This document shows positions 46,008 through 57,043 of a stretch of DNA of 64,000 nt, in pieces (the stretch's first letter is position 1; each line of letters starts with the position of its first letter). Below the pieces are notes generated by a model. The model was not told the origin of the DNA. It ran no database searches and saw only the letters and a list, made by a program, of their open reading frames with translations. The stretch lies in the IMG/VR virus record IMGVR_UViG_3300031344_000001, one strand, 5' to 3'. Position numbers and translations under genes: made by a program. The DNA comes from a virus. Its lineage: Duplodnaviria; Heunggongvirae; Uroviricota; Caudoviricetes.

Positions 46008-46256
46008 TCATCGATTCCCTCGACGACGAAACGCGGTTGCTTGAGGCACTTCAGGGACGACACCGGCCAAGAACACGTGCTGACGACTGCCGTCGGGCAT
46101 CTCAAGCCACAGCATCACAGATCCAGCACTCGAAGCATCAACTTCTCGTGCGAACCCCGTCACGCGACGGCGTGGGATCCCCGAGGAGGCTGCGGTGACG
46201 AGCTTGCCGAGATAGCTCTCGGCAATCTCACGTTCGAGGTACGCCGTCTTCCCCAT
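46008..46256 (-). CDS. hypothetical protein
   Basis: ORF. Confidence 0.55.
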   Translation of the reverse strand: MGKTAYLEREIAESYLGKLVTAASSGIPRRRVTGFAREVDASSAGSVMLWLEMPDGSRQHVFLAGVVPEVPQATAFRRRGNR

Positions 46257-46741
46257 CAGGCACCGTTTCCGAGCTGCCGACGGGGCTCGGTCGACGGCTT
46301 CTTCGAGACAGCGCTAGCGACCATGAGTGCCTCGTAATACTCGAGGCTCGCTTGCGCCAAGAGCGCGAGACCAACGCGAGACATCCCCTGGTCAGCGTCG
46401 ATTCCATGCCGCGCGTTCACATACGCGAACGCTGCAAGCTTGAGGCGCTGCCGCGCGCGCCCCACCTCGGGGGAGTCAACCCCGTCCTCGTGCTGGAAGT
46501 AAGCGTCGACCGGACGCTTCACTGGGGCAGCCCCCATGAGCGCCTCGAAATACTCCAGGGACGTCTGCGCCAGGAGCGCAAAACCGGCACGCGCGGTGTC
46601 CGCATCTGCGTCGACCCCGTGGCGCGCGTTCACGTACGCGATCGCGGAGAGCTTGAGCTTCTGGCGCCCGTGACCGGCCGCGTGCGAGTCGCCAGGGCTC
46701 GAACCGTTGCCGGGGCCGTTGAAACGCGCGTGCGACGGCAT
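46256..46741 (-). CDS. hypothetical protein with internal ~45-aa duplication
   Basis: LKL.A.AYVNARHG..LLAQ.SLEY.EALM twice. Confidence 0.75.
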   Translation of the reverse strand: MPSHARFNGPGNGSSPGDSHAAGHGRQKLKLSAIAYVNARHGVDADADTARAGFALLAQTSLEYFEALMGAAPVKRPVDAYFQHEDGVDSPEVGRARQRLKLAAFAYVNARHGIDADQGMSRVGLALLAQASLEYYEALMVASAVSKKPSTEPRRQLGNGA

Positions 46742-46829
46742 CGATCGATCTGTACCACGAAGGCTTCGATTCCGAGATCCCCGTCGCACGGCTGTCAGAT
46801 CCCACGACCCTCCGGCGTCTAGCCCGTAG

Positions 46830-47246
46830 ATGATCAGGCACGCCGACAGCCACCTCGACCACGGCCTCACCGAGGCCCATCTCCGCTACCTCCTCGATCG
46901 GTTCGCCGATCGAAACGGCTTCTTCATCGAGACAATCGCCCTCCCTGTCGAATTGGGGACCGTCCCATGCAGTCTCTACGGCCCCCTGATGGGCGACGCG
47001 CCGATCGACGAGGATGCCGTCACATACGCCGTACGCGGCACACGCACCTGGCCGTCACGCCTGGTCAATCTTCCAGCTCGACCGCAGCACGCGGTAACAG
47101 TGATCGGCGGCCCGCACGAAGAGGCGCTGTGCGTCCTTTACACCGCCTTCGGCGGACCGGCAGCCCCCCAGGAGCCAAACGATCCGAGCTGCAAGGACCC
47201 AGGGACGAGCGCCGCGTTCTGGCGGCAGCACGCTCTTGCACAGTAG
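46830..47246 (+). CDS. hypothetical protein
   Basis: ORF; LYTAFGGP.APQEP. Confidence 0.7.
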   Translation: MIRHADSHLDHGLTEAHLRYLLDRFADRNGFFIETIALPVELGTVPCSLYGPLMGDAPIDEDAVTYAVRGTRTWPSRLVNLPARPQHAVTVIGGPHEEALCVLYTAFGGPAAPQEPNDPSCKDPGTSAAFWRQHALAQ

Positions 47247-47347
47247 GTCAGCTCGGCGAGGCACTCGGAGCGGCCCTCAAGCCTGTCGAGGCACAGCTCC
47301 TGCGGATGGCACCAAGCTCGCGACGTATGACGCTGACGCTTCGCAAC

Positions 47348-47701
47348 TTACAACGCGCGGCCGTACCTGTCTTCGAGACGAACGACGTCGTCCAACTCCG
47401 GCGTCGACACTTCGAGCACGTCGGTGTCCTCGATCGCGAGCATCCGGTGGCGAAAACCCGGCCAGATGTGGAATGGCTCGCGGGGGCCGAGTTCGCGGCT
47501 CTGAGGCTCCTCGCCCTCCGCAAAAAACTCGAAGCGCAGTCGCCCCGTGAGGACCATGATCGTCTCGTCCTTCACGCAGTGGTACTGGAGCGAGAGCGCC
47601 TCGCCGGCGCGCACGTGCAAGATCTTACCGACGTAGCGGTCGGTCTTCGCCCAGATCAGCTCGTGGCCCCAGGGCTTGTCGACGGTCGTTGTCTCTTGCA
47701 C
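47348..47701 (-). CDS. cupin (mannose-6-phosphate isomerase-like)
   Basis: KPWGHE..SLQYH..KDET..EVSTPELDDVVR. Confidence 0.9.
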   Translation of the reverse strand: MQETTTVDKPWGHELIWAKTDRYVGKILHVRAGEALSLQYHCVKDETIMVLTGRLRFEFFAEGEEPQSRELGPREPFHIWPGFRHRMLAIEDTDVLEVSTPELDDVVRLEDRYGRAL

Positions 47702-47748
47702 GCGGCCTTCTTAGCACGCACGCCTCACGCTACGCAGTCGTTCCGCGT

Positions 47749-48790
47749 TCACGTGAGGTCAAAGACAGCGACGCTGAAGCCACGATCGACGGCACCACCG
47801 GGTGAGATGAGGGAAACAACAACGACGTTCGTGCCGCTGGTCTCCCATATTGCAACAACGTCAGTGACAGGCGTGGAGCTGCCCCCGAGCGTGACCAGGA
47901 TGGCCAGGTTGTTAAGATTCGCCGGAGGATTCGTGAGCGTGAGGTCGTAGATGCCGCTCGACCCCACGTGAGTGACGGATCCAGTGAAGCCCTTCTGCGA
48001 GATGTAGCCCGTTGGGAAAGAACCGTTGGCGTTCGCGATGACGGTCGCGACAGCGATTGCCGGCGCTACGCCTCCCACGCCCGTCGGACCCGTCGGGCCG
48101 TTCGCCGGTCCCGTGGGCCCCGTCGTGCCCGTCGGACCCGTGGCCCCCGTCGGGCCTGTGCCGCCCGTCGGACCCGTAGCCCCGGCCCCGGTCGGGCCCG
48201 TGCTGCCGGTCGCGCCGACGATGCCAGTCGAGCCCACCGCACCAGTCGGGCCCGTCCTGCCAGTCGGGCCCGTCGCGCCCGTCGCGCCAACGATGCCGGT
48301 CGAGCCCACCGCGCCCGTCGGACCCGTCACGCCAGTCGGGCCGGTCGCGCCGGTCGCGCCGACGATGCCGGTCGAGCCCACCGCGCCCGTCGGACCCGTC
48401 ACGCCAGTCGGGCCTGTCGCGCCTGCGGGCCCAGGACCCGTCGCGCCCGTGATGCCATTCGGGCCCGTCAGACCCGTCGCGCCCGTCGGACCCGTCGGAC
48501 CTGTCGCGCCCGTCGCGCCCGTGATGCCGTTCGCGCCCGTCGGACCCGTCGCGCCCGTCGGACCCGTCGCGCCCGTCGGACCCGTCGGACCCGTCGGGCC
48601 GGTGCTGCCGCCCGCGGGGCCCGTCGGACCAGTCGAACTCGCGCCCGTCGCGCCCGTCGCGCCCGTCGCGCCCGTCGCGCCCGTCGCGCCGGCGTGACCG
48701 CGGTGACCGCGGTGACCACGCTTGCCACGCTCGCCGCACTCGCCGCAGCGGCACTCCCCGACGCAGCCCCTTGGGTTAAGGATCATCGCC
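47749..48790 (-). CDS. collagen-like (GPT/GAT) fibre protein
   Basis: long Gly-X-Thr repeats; C-terminal domain similar to 42519..43136. Confidence 0.85.
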
Positions 48791-48897
48791 ATCTTCACGA
48801 CGAGGCTAGGCTCAGGGGCTAGGCAGGGCAAGAAAACGGCCGCCTGGTCTCACTCCCGCTCGCCCGAGCGCGTGCCGATCCGAGCTATAGATCAGGG

Positions 48898-49281
48898 ATG
48901 TCCAAGGCGGTCACGGTGCCGTTCTCGCACCTGGTCCTCGACCACAGCGACATCGGCCTCCACCGCGATCGGAAGTGGGGCTTCCGCGAGGTCTTCGGCT
49001 TCCGCACGCTGCACAACCTGCCCTTCTTCCAGTTAGCTCACAAGGTCAAGAGGGCCTACGAGGGCAAAGACGTGCCCTCGCACGAGGGCTGGGAGGCTCA
49101 ACGCGCCGCCCTCCAGTGGCTCGTAGAGAAGGGGCGTGGCGGGATCTACGCTCTCGACGAGAAAGGCATCAGGGTGAAGCACACGCCCTTCCAACGCTTC
49201 TACATCACCGACGGGAACCATCGCTCGCTCGCTCTCTACATCCTTGGTGACAACGAGGTCCGCGCGCGAATCAGTCACTAA
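48898..49281 (+). CDS. ParB/Srx-like small protein
   Basis: YITDGNHR. Confidence 0.55.
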   Translation: MSKAVTVPFSHLVLDHSDIGLHRDRKWGFREVFGFRTLHNLPFFQLAHKVKRAYEGKDVPSHEGWEAQRAALQWLVEKGRGGIYALDEKGIRVKHTPFQRFYITDGNHRSLALYILGDNEVRARISH

Positions 49282-49306
49282 GGTCGACGGTCGAAACAGC
49301 CAGCGT

Positions 49307-49858
49307 TCAGCGCCGCACGTCGAATGCGATCGTGATCCGCGGCAGGTCCCCCGGGTAGACCGGAAGACGGTGCCACATCTCACCCCCGAAGATCGCCAAC
49401 CGCCCCGGGTGCGGATCGACACCCAACTCTCCATCCGCGCACTCGAACACCGTCGGTGTGATCGACGCGGGGTCCCCGGGTGTCACGTAGTAGATCCCCG
49501 TGAGGCGCGCGATCCGGTGCTGGTGCCGCGGGTGGTGACTCCCCCCACGGTTCACCATCGCCCAGCCCACGAGCGACCGACTACCCATCACGGTGACCAT
49601 CTCCTGGCGAAGCTCCTGCACCGCCGAGTCGGGCCACAGGAAGAGATCCTCACCCGACTTCCATCCCCCAACGTTGATCGATCCAGTCCTCCGGCCGCGA
49701 TCGCGCTGCATTCGGTCGAGGATGACCCGCTCGAGCGCGACACAGAGCTCGGGACGCACTTCGTCGAACACGAGCGGCTGTGCCCTGCACTGCGCCGCGA
49801 GCTGCGCCGTAACGTTGACTGCGTCGCGACGCTGGAGAGCTTGATCCATAGACCGCAT
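49307..49858 (-). CDS. putative 2OG-Fe(II) oxygenase
   Basis: GWKS..WAMVN..HQH..GIYYV..H..RITIAFD. Confidence 0.8.
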   Translation of the reverse strand: MRSMDQALQRRDAVNVTAQLAAQCRAQPLVFDEVRPELCVALERVILDRMQRDRGRRTGSINVGGWKSGEDLFLWPDSAVQELRQEMVTVMGSRSLVGWAMVNRGGSHHPRHQHRIARLTGIYYVTPGDPASITPTVFECADGELGVDPHPGRLAIFGGEMWHRLPVYPGDLPRITIAFDVRR

Positions 49859-49903
49859 TATCGCGCGGCGCGCGGCGCACGGCTAGATCAAGCTCCGAGG
49901 TCG

Positions 49904-52795
49904 CTAGATCACGAAATCTTTGCGCAGCGCGCGACGGACAGCCTTCCAGTCGAAGACGCCCAGGCGCGCCGACCCGTCGTTGACGGCGTAGCTCGCGACG
50001 AGCGCGTCACCGACCTGGGCGAGCCCCGCGCAGAACTCGATGCCCAGTTGCTCGAAGTAGAACGGGTCCGTCATCGAGACGAGGCGGTGCTGGTCGTCGA
50101 GCATGACGAAGCGATGCAGGTAGATCCTGCCAGAGCCCCCCGGGAAGGCCACGTCGTGGACGACGAAGATCCAACCACCTTCGACACGCACTCCCTGCGA
50201 CCCACCGCGAAGCCTGCCGTGCTGCGCGAACAGCGACGGCTGCCAATCCGCCGGAGCCCCAACGGCGTAACGGCCATGCTCCATCGCGAACCATGCAAGA
50301 CGCTTCACGTCACGATCGTCTGCGTCGACCAGGTCGAGGACCGTCGTCGGGTGCGTAGCGTAGAGGAACTGCGCGACGTCGCCGTCAATGAGCGGCATCC
50401 AATTCTTTTGCGCGTGCACGCTCCACGGTCCACGCATGGGATCGACACGCGCGATCCGTCCATCATCGCCGATCTGAAGCAGCACGATCTCGCGGCGACC
50501 TTCCTCCGTGAAGTCGCAGACGGTCGCGGTCGCCCACCACGTCCCCCGCCACGCGAACAAGCGTGCGTCCTCGAAGCCGTGCACCGGGTATGCCGTGCGC
50601 GTCTCCCCCGTCGCGTCCACGATCTCGGTGGCGTGCGTCGTCTTCAAGTCTGCTCCCAGGTCGAGGAGAAAGTTACGCGTGCGTATGACCTGCCACCCCT
50701 TCCACGGTCCGTCCTCCTGCACGACGTCGCCGGGGGGCGTCACGTAGGCGCCATCCACGATTCGGTAATTCACGGTGCGCACGATGCAGCGCACCCGCTC
50801 GCCATCGGAGTAGATCGACGGATTGCTGGCGTTCCAACCAGGGTCCGGCGAGAACTCGATCGGACGAGCCGTGGCTCCGAACAACGACTCCGCACTCGGC
50901 GCGGAGAACGCACGGTTCGACCGGAGGCGTTCGTCGTCCGGACTCCAGCTCAGCGCGATGTCCGCCCAGTAGCGCGCATCGTCCTTGTGCCCTGCATAGA
51001 ACGACGAGATCGAAGCGCGGTCCGCCGCCTTCCAGGTGTAGACGTCTTCATCGAGGAAGAGGTCCGTCGGTGGCTTGGGAGTCTCCGCCGCGGCGACGGC
51101 GAAGATGCGCGCGATCGCGTGGACCCCCTTGTTGTACCAGTAGTCGGAGATCTCATAGAGGGGTTCGCCGCGCCGCGGGTCGTGTTGGTAAGCCTCCAGG
51201 AACGACTGCTGAACCTCAGCCCAAGGGCGCTCGAGCTTCGACTTCATCTTGCCGATGCGCAGCTTCGCCTCGAAGACCTCGTCGAAGTAACCACCCATCT
51301 CGGCACGGCGCTCGAAGAAAGCGAGCGCCTGCGCGTACTGCCCCAGGCACTCGTGCGTCTGCCCGAGGTAGAAGTACGGCCTCGGGTCACTGGGGTCCTC
51401 GACCCGGTCGCGGTTCAAGAGGTCGAGGTCCCGCGTCCACCGCGCGCGCCACTCCGCGTCGGATCGAGCACCGCGGTCGCGGTTCACGATCACGTCCGGG
51501 ATCATGCTACCCACGTTGGGGCCTACCGCGCACTCGTGCGTCCGCCACTTGTAGCGCCAGCCGGAACCCGTGCGCATCACCAGCGGGTGGTAGTAGTGCC
51601 CGGGGGAGATGCGCACACGATACGCGCAGGAAGGATCGCGTCGGTGCGCTTCGAGGAAGCTCCGAAGCGCCTCTCCTCCGGAGAGGACGTCCCCGTTGGG
51701 CATGATCGAGAACACCGTGCTCGTGCCGTGCAGCTCGAGCGCGCGGTTTCGACTCGTCGCGAAGTCAACGAACGGTTCCTCGTGGAGCGCTCCTGGAATG
51801 CCGTCGAGCTGCTCGCGGATCAGGCGCTGCGTCCCGTCGGTCGACCCCGTGTCGAGGATCGTCCAGGTGTCGATGTACGGTCGGTACGACGCGAGCACTG
51901 CCTCGATGCGCTTCGCCTCGTTCTTGACGATCATGACGAGGCCGAGCAACGGACGATCCTGCGAAGCGATCCGCGCCCAGCTCTCCGCGACGCCTCCCAT
52001 GACAGAAGAAAGCCCGCGCGCCTGAGCGTCCGCGCTGATCCACGTCCGATAAACGTCACCGGCCCGCAGCGCGTCATGATTCCGCACGATGTCCTCGTAG
52101 TCACCGTAGCTGTAAGCGTAGTTGCCAGGGCGCTGACCAACGACGTACGAGAGCAGCCCCTCGTCGAGAGGTGCAAGTCCCCTCGTGGTCGCGAGGTCGA
52201 CGGCGCCCCAGAAGTCACGGATCAGCCCACGCATGCTCGCGCAGGTGCCAACGATGAGCCCCCCCGCGAGGTGCCCGTAGACGCTGTGCCAGTAGCTAGG
52301 TGCGTCAACGTCGCGCTTGTCGAAGCAACGGAGCACGTGGACGTGCGCCCGGTCCGACGGGTCGGCGAAGACGTCGACGCCCTCTGGAGGGAGCTTGGCC
52401 ACGTGCGTGATCGCCAGATCAATCCAACCGACGTGACTGACACGCGTAACCTCGAGCGCCATCTCCAACATCGCGTACTTCGCCCACATGAGTTGGACGT
52501 AGGGCGCCGTCACCTTCGTCTTGCGCGCGTTGTGCTGGAGGGTGCCGCGCTCAGCAGCGCTGACTCGTGCAGCGCCGAGAAGCTTCTCGAACGGGATCGG
52601 CACGACCTTCGTTCGACGGTTGCCCCGCAACGCGAGCAACCGCTTCTCCAGCTCGGGCTCGGTGAAGATCACCATCTCGCGGTCGAGCCCGAGCACGTAG
52701 TCAGCGTTCGCGAACATCCAGTCGACGGACCGGTGCTCCGTGCTGCCGCGCTTGGCAAGGTCGTAGAGGCAGGTGACGAACGCGAGTTTCTTCAT
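49904..52795 (-). CDS. multidomain glycosyltransferase (HtrL-like + GT2 + TPR + beta-propeller)
   Basis: FVTCLYD; MIVKNE..DTGSTDGT; TPR-like helices; NPS/EDARL/KNWMP. Confidence 0.85.
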   Translation of the reverse strand: MKKLAFVTCLYDLAKRGSTEHRSVDWMFANADYVLGLDREMVIFTEPELEKRLLALRGNRRTKVVPIPFEKLLGAARVSAAERGTLQHNARKTKVTAPYVQLMWAKYAMLEMALEVTRVSHVGWIDLAITHVAKLPPEGVDVFADPSDRAHVHVLRCFDKRDVDAPSYWHSVYGHLAGGLIVGTCASMRGLIRDFWGAVDLATTRGLAPLDEGLLSYVVGQRPGNYAYSYGDYEDIVRNHDALRAGDVYRTWISADAQARGLSSVMGGVAESWARIASQDRPLLGLVMIVKNEAKRIEAVLASYRPYIDTWTILDTGSTDGTQRLIREQLDGIPGALHEEPFVDFATSRNRALELHGTSTVFSIMPNGDVLSGGEALRSFLEAHRRDPSCAYRVRISPGHYYHPLVMRTGSGWRYKWRTHECAVGPNVGSMIPDVIVNRDRGARSDAEWRARWTRDLDLLNRDRVEDPSDPRPYFYLGQTHECLGQYAQALAFFERRAEMGGYFDEVFEAKLRIGKMKSKLERPWAEVQQSFLEAYQHDPRRGEPLYEISDYWYNKGVHAIARIFAVAAAETPKPPTDLFLDEDVYTWKAADRASISSFYAGHKDDARYWADIALSWSPDDERLRSNRAFSAPSAESLFGATARPIEFSPDPGWNASNPSIYSDGERVRCIVRTVNYRIVDGAYVTPPGDVVQEDGPWKGWQVIRTRNFLLDLGADLKTTHATEIVDATGETRTAYPVHGFEDARLFAWRGTWWATATVCDFTEEGRREIVLLQIGDDGRIARVDPMRGPWSVHAQKNWMPLIDGDVAQFLYATHPTTVLDLVDADDRDVKRLAWFAMEHGRYAVGAPADWQPSLFAQHGRLRGGSQGVRVEGGWIFVVHDVAFPGGSGRIYLHRFVMLDDQHRLVSMTDPFYFEQLGIEFCAGLAQVGDALVASYAVNDGSARLGVFDWKAVRRALRKDFVI

Positions 52796-52912
52796 GGAAA
52801 GGACCCCTATGCGCCCACGGTACCTGCCTGCTCCGACCGCTCCGTAGACGCAGTCGGGCTCCAGATTCCTTGCGGCTTCGAGTTCTTGGCGCTTGTTCAT
52901 TCACACGCGCGT

Positions 52913-53530
52913 TTACGCGCCCCGCCTGGAGATCACGATCACGTCGGCCTTGGGCAGGCTCACCGTGAAGTACAGCGCGTCGACGACGACGCTCTCGAAC
53001 TCGGCCTTGCGGTCGACCAGGATGCGCTCCTGGTTCGGGTCCACGCGGTTGACGTCCTCGATCACGTAGAGCCCGTTGGGGCGCAGGCTCGGGTAGAAGT
53101 TGCGGAGCGTCTTGACCTGAAGCTCCGGGATGTGCGCGCCGTCGTCGATGATGATGTCGAAGCCGAACGTTCGGTCCAGGTAACCCCTCGCAGCCTCGGG
53201 GTCCGTCGAGTCACACAGCGCGGTGCGGATCCGAGGGTCGTCGACGATCATCGTGTCCGGCTGGACGTCGATGCCGTGGATGACGCCGCTCGCGAAGTAG
53301 TCGCGCCACGCGCGCAACGACGCGCCAGGTCGGTAGCCGGGGAGGTCGTGCCCGTACATCGAGCAGTAGGCTCCGGGGATCACCGTCCCGATGCCGATCT
53401 CGAGCAGGGACACGGACTGGTCGCGCAGGTGCTTGAACAGCGCGTGGTAGATCGGCGCGTAACCGTTCTGACTCTGCTTGTCGCTGGCGTGCCCGTTCAG
53501 GAGATCGTCGAGGTCGAGATTGCGCGTCAC
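52913..53530 (-). CDS. class I SAM methyltransferase
   Basis: LLEIGIG..GASLRAW..DIIIDDGAH..YVIED. Confidence 0.85.
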   Translation of the reverse strand: MTRNLDLDDLLNGHASDKQSQNGYAPIYHALFKHLRDQSVSLLEIGIGTVIPGAYCSMYGHDLPGYRPGASLRAWRDYFASGVIHGIDVQPDTMIVDDPRIRTALCDSTDPEAARGYLDRTFGFDIIIDDGAHIPELQVKTLRNFYPSLRPNGLYVIEDVNRVDPNQERILVDRKAEFESVVVDALYFTVSLPKADVIVISRRGA

Positions 53531-55101
53531 GCTTCCTCCCGCAATTGGTCCATAGCGACGGCACGCTTCTTCATGAGCGTGAAGAGGTCCTCGTCCGAGA
53601 GTCGGCAAGCGCCGCTCTGGTGCGAACCCCAGAGGAGGTCGCACGCGCGCGCGCACACGCCCCAGTCCTTGGCCGCGAAGCTGTTCTGGATCACCTGCCT
53701 GAGCGGGCGCTCGGGACGTTGGTAGACGCGCGCGTAGTTCGTGATCATCTCCTGGTAGTCACCCAGGTACCAGTCGAACAGCTCCGGCGCCTCGAAGTAG
53801 ACAAGGTTGATCAGCTGCTCGTCAGCGTGCCCGTAACCGCTCTGGAGGCACGTCACGAACTGCTCCTCGACGCGATCGCAGACGGCGTGCATGTGCACGC
53901 CGTCTCCGGTGAAGAAGCCGCTGCACATCGTGCAACGTCCCTGGCACCGTGGGCCGAAGTTGGCAGCGAAGTCCTGCGTCGTCTTCTTGTCGACGTAGTC
54001 GATGTAGCAGGTCGAGAACTTGTTTCGGTGCTGCCCGAGCGCCTCTTGCAGGTGCGCGAGGTTCGTGGCCCCCATCCGCTCGATGCAGACGTTGATCCAC
54101 GCAAAGTGCGTCGACGCGAAGACGTTCTCGGCGATCACCCGTTTCAGCATCGCGTAGCGCGCCATGCAGAACAGGTAGTAGCTCGCGGTGTTGCGTGCGT
54201 CGCTCGGGCACGCCCCACCGCCGCGGTTGACGATGATCCGATCGCGGTGGCGGGTGAGCGGGAAGTCGTCGAACGACTGCGTGATGACGCGCGTCCGCGC
54301 GTGGAGCCGCTCGGGGCGGAGCGCCCAGACCTTGGCCTCGTTCGCGGGCTCGCAGAACACCACGAGGTTCTGCTCGAGCGTCAGGGTCGACGCCCCGTGC
54401 TCGTCGAGGTAGTACGCGGAGGGGCGCGCTTGGATCGGGCCGGAGGCGTCGGGCTGCGTCGTCAGGTCGAAGTAACCCGTGACGAGCGTCCAGTTCGTCG
54501 TGTCAACGGCGCGGTAGACCCCCTCACACGTGACCTCGTCGCGGAACGAGACGAGCCCCGTGCCGGACCAGTGTCCCACGTGCGTGACGTCGAGCTTGTA
54601 CCGGTCCTCGATGCGGTACCACAGCCGATCGCGCATCGACTTGAAGTGCCAGATGTCGTCGAGGACGATCAGCCCCGCGTAGTCGTGCGCGCGCAGCCAA
54701 CTGACGAGGTCGTACTCGCGAGACCCCTCGTGTGGATCGATGTCGATGAGGATGAGCGCGCTGCCCAGGATCTCCTGCTTCCACGCTTCGCGCGTCACCA
54801 GGTCAAGGAGGTCCACCTGGTGGTACGCGATGTTCTGGCGCTTCCGCCGATGAGCCGGCACGTGGTCGACGACATCGAAGGAGAGCACACGGTTCGTCTC
54901 GTTGTACGAGAGCGCGTGCGCGGAGTCGCCGAGGTGCGTGCCGATGTCGAGGATCGTCCGGCCCTCAAACAACGTCGAGAGGTACGCCAGGAGCCGGTGA
55001 TGCTCGACGCCGGCCGGCCCGTAGAACCACTCCGAGTTGCCGACGTACGCCCGCAGCTTCTCCACGTCGACGGCGTGAAGACCAGCGTGGGTTAGCTCCA
55101 T
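53527..55101 (-). CDS. methyltransferase fused to HtrL-like glycosyltransferase
   Basis: LDIGT..G.SA; VLDDI; TLVTGYFD; GHADEQ. Confidence 0.8.
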   Translation of the reverse strand: MELTHAGLHAVDVEKLRAYVGNSEWFYGPAGVEHHRLLAYLSTLFEGRTILDIGTHLGDSAHALSYNETNRVLSFDVVDHVPAHRRKRQNIAYHQVDLLDLVTREAWKQEILGSALILIDIDPHEGSREYDLVSWLRAHDYAGLIVLDDIWHFKSMRDRLWYRIEDRYKLDVTHVGHWSGTGLVSFRDEVTCEGVYRAVDTTNWTLVTGYFDLTTQPDASGPIQARPSAYYLDEHGASTLTLEQNLVVFCEPANEAKVWALRPERLHARTRVITQSFDDFPLTRHRDRIIVNRGGGACPSDARNTASYYLFCMARYAMLKRVIAENVFASTHFAWINVCIERMGATNLAHLQEALGQHRNKFSTCYIDYVDKKTTQDFAANFGPRCQGRCTMCSGFFTGDGVHMHAVCDRVEEQFVTCLQSGYGHADEQLINLVYFEAPELFDWYLGDYQEMITNYARVYQRPERPLRQVIQNSFAAKDWGVCARACDLLWGSHQSGACRLSDEDLFTLMKKRAVAMDQLREEA

Positions 55102-55187
55102 GGGTTGACGAACTTCTTACGACGGCAGTGCAAGCGCGTGCAATGGTGAAACGTCAAGGAGCGCGCGGCGGATCCCTACGCACTGTT

Positions 55188-55748
55188 TTACTTCGTGAGA
55201 AACTTGAAGCCGCACTTCGGACAACCGTGCTCCTCGAAGTGAGCGAAATGGCTGACAAGCCGCAAATTATCGTCCCGGTTATCGTTCTTGATTCCATTGC
55301 GGTGGTTAACATCTTCAGCGGGATGTAGATAGCGCCCGAGGATCCTCTCCATCACGAGACGATGTTCGAGGACGTACGTTCCATCACCCTTACCGTTCCG
55401 ACGTGCGAAAGGATGATCTGGCGCCCACACGTGCACGTAACCATCACGCTTGTCTGTGTAGCGACCGCCCTTCCACCCTGGTGCTTTGCACCCCTTCTTA
55501 CCTAAAGCCGAGCGTGCATGGTTCGCGCTGATCTTCTTCCTAGTCTCTGTGGTGTCGTGCGTCTTCCACCACAACGCCCGAGCCTTCGCCATCTTCCGAC
55601 GGGTCTTTGAACTAGGCTTGTAGTTTCCCGCTGCACGCCCTGCGGCTTGTCCAGCTTTCAAAGCGGCTTGAAAGGCTGGATCGCGGCGCCGCTTGTTGAG
55701 GCTCTTACGCGCGGCCTCCTTCATCAGAAGAAGGCGTGCCTTTGACAT
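55188..55748 (-). mobile_element. HNH homing endonuclease (NUMOD3-type N-terminus)
   Basis: EHRLVME..LGR.L...E.VNH.NG.K.DNR..NL; lower GC. Confidence 0.85.
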
Positions 55749-56797
55749 CACACCGCGACCTTCGATCCAATCGCCAGCCATCTGCGGTTCTCATCGCGCA
55801 GGTACCAGCGCACAACCTTCTCCAAGCTCTGCTCGATGTCGATCGGCTGCTGCCAGCCCATCGCACGAATCTTCGATGCGTCGAGTGCGTAACGGAGGTC
55901 GTGTCCGGGTCTGCTCTCGTGAAAATTTTGGAGCTTGTATATCAACGGCTTTCCAACGAAGCCGGCAATCATCTGAGCAAGATCAAGATTTGAGATCTCA
56001 CGCTCCCCCGCAACATGGATCTTGAGCGGCGGGACCGTGCCCTCAAGTGCCCGTGCCCCTGCACTACGATCCTGCTCAATCAAGAATGCTAACGCGCTCG
56101 CGTAGTTCCTGCAATGGATGTAGAAGCGTGTGCCGCTCCGCGTGCATGTCGGATCCGCGTGGATACTGACCTCTTCTCCAGCAAGCACACGGCGAATCAC
56201 AAGGGGCACAAACTTTTCAGCCCCCTGTCGCTCCCCGATCAAATTCATCGTGCTCACGATCGAAATCGGGAGCCTGTACGTGTTCGCGTACGCGAACGCG
56301 ACGCATTCACCCCCAGCCTTCGCTGCCGCGTACGGGTTTGCTGGCCGAAACGGATCCGTCTCGACGTTGCCAGGTGAGTCCCAACTCGCCGGACCGTAGA
56401 CCTCGTCCGTCGACACGAGGAATGCGCGGCGAAGTGACTTGAGCGATCGCATCCACATCAGGAGGTGGTGCGTGCCGACCACGTTCGACAGCAAGAACGG
56501 CAGCGGGTCCACGATCGAGTTGTCGACGTGCGTCTCGGCCGCGGCGTGGACGATGTAGTCGACCTCACCTACTTCGTGCGCGACACCCTCCGGGATCGGC
56601 TGCGCCAAGTCGCAACCGAGCACGCGCACGCGCTTGTCGTCGTACGCTTGGATGTCGCGGAGGCGATCGAAGCCCGCGGAGGCGTAGGTCATCTTGTCGA
56701 GCACGACGATCTCGGCGTCCGTCGTCTTGAGCAGGCTCTCGACGACGTGGTGCCCGAGAAAGCCAAGGCCCCCCGTGACGAGGATCCTCATGGACAC
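55748..56797 (-). CDS. rfbB: dTDP-glucose 4,6-dehydratase-like NAD-dependent dehydratase
   Basis: TGGLGFLG; AAETHVDNS; STDEVYG; YAAAK; RPGHDLRY. Confidence 0.9.
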   Translation of the reverse strand: MSMRILVTGGLGFLGHHVVESLLKTTDAEIVVLDKMTYASAGFDRLRDIQAYDDKRVRVLGCDLAQPIPEGVAHEVGEVDYIVHAAAETHVDNSIVDPLPFLLSNVVGTHHLLMWMRSLKSLRRAFLVSTDEVYGPASWDSPGNVETDPFRPANPYAAAKAGGECVAFAYANTYRLPISIVSTMNLIGERQGAEKFVPLVIRRVLAGEEVSIHADPTCTRSGTRFYIHCRNYASALAFLIEQDRSAGARALEGTVPPLKIHVAGEREISNLDLAQMIAGFVGKPLIYKLQNFHESRPGHDLRYALDASKIRAMGWQQPIDIEQSLEKVVRWYLRDENRRWLAIGSKVAV

Positions 56798-56947
56798 CTA
56801 GCCTCCGGCTTGGAGCGCCCGGAGGAGCAGCGCGCTGACGAGCCCGTTGACCGACCGGTGGTCCTTCTTGGCCGCGTCTCGCAGCGCGCTTCGCAGCTCG
56901 GACGGAATGCGCAGCGTGAGCATCACGGTCTTTTGCCGCTTTGCCAT
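56798..56947 (-). CDS. Arc-family RHH regulator (49 aa, not in ORF track)
   Basis: LTLRIPSELRSALRDAAKKDHRSVN; promoter TTGACA-N18-TATAAG at 56956..56985. Confidence 0.75.
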   Translation of the reverse strand: MAKRQKTVMLTLRIPSELRSALRDAAKKDHRSVNGLVSALLLRALQAGG

Positions 56948-57043
56948 TGCACTCGCTTATAGTGCCGGCGCGCGTGGAATGTCAACACTCCGGACGCTTG
57001 ACCGAGAGGGGCGCGTGGTACCGCAAGAACGTCACTCGACGCT

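Noticed and set aside
49244-53725. 1493-aa plus-strand ORF, and similar long ORFs at 14295..16511, 31446..33266 and 53545..55095
   Set aside because: Antisense shadows of real minus-strand genes in GC-rich DNA; Arg/Val-rich with no motifs.
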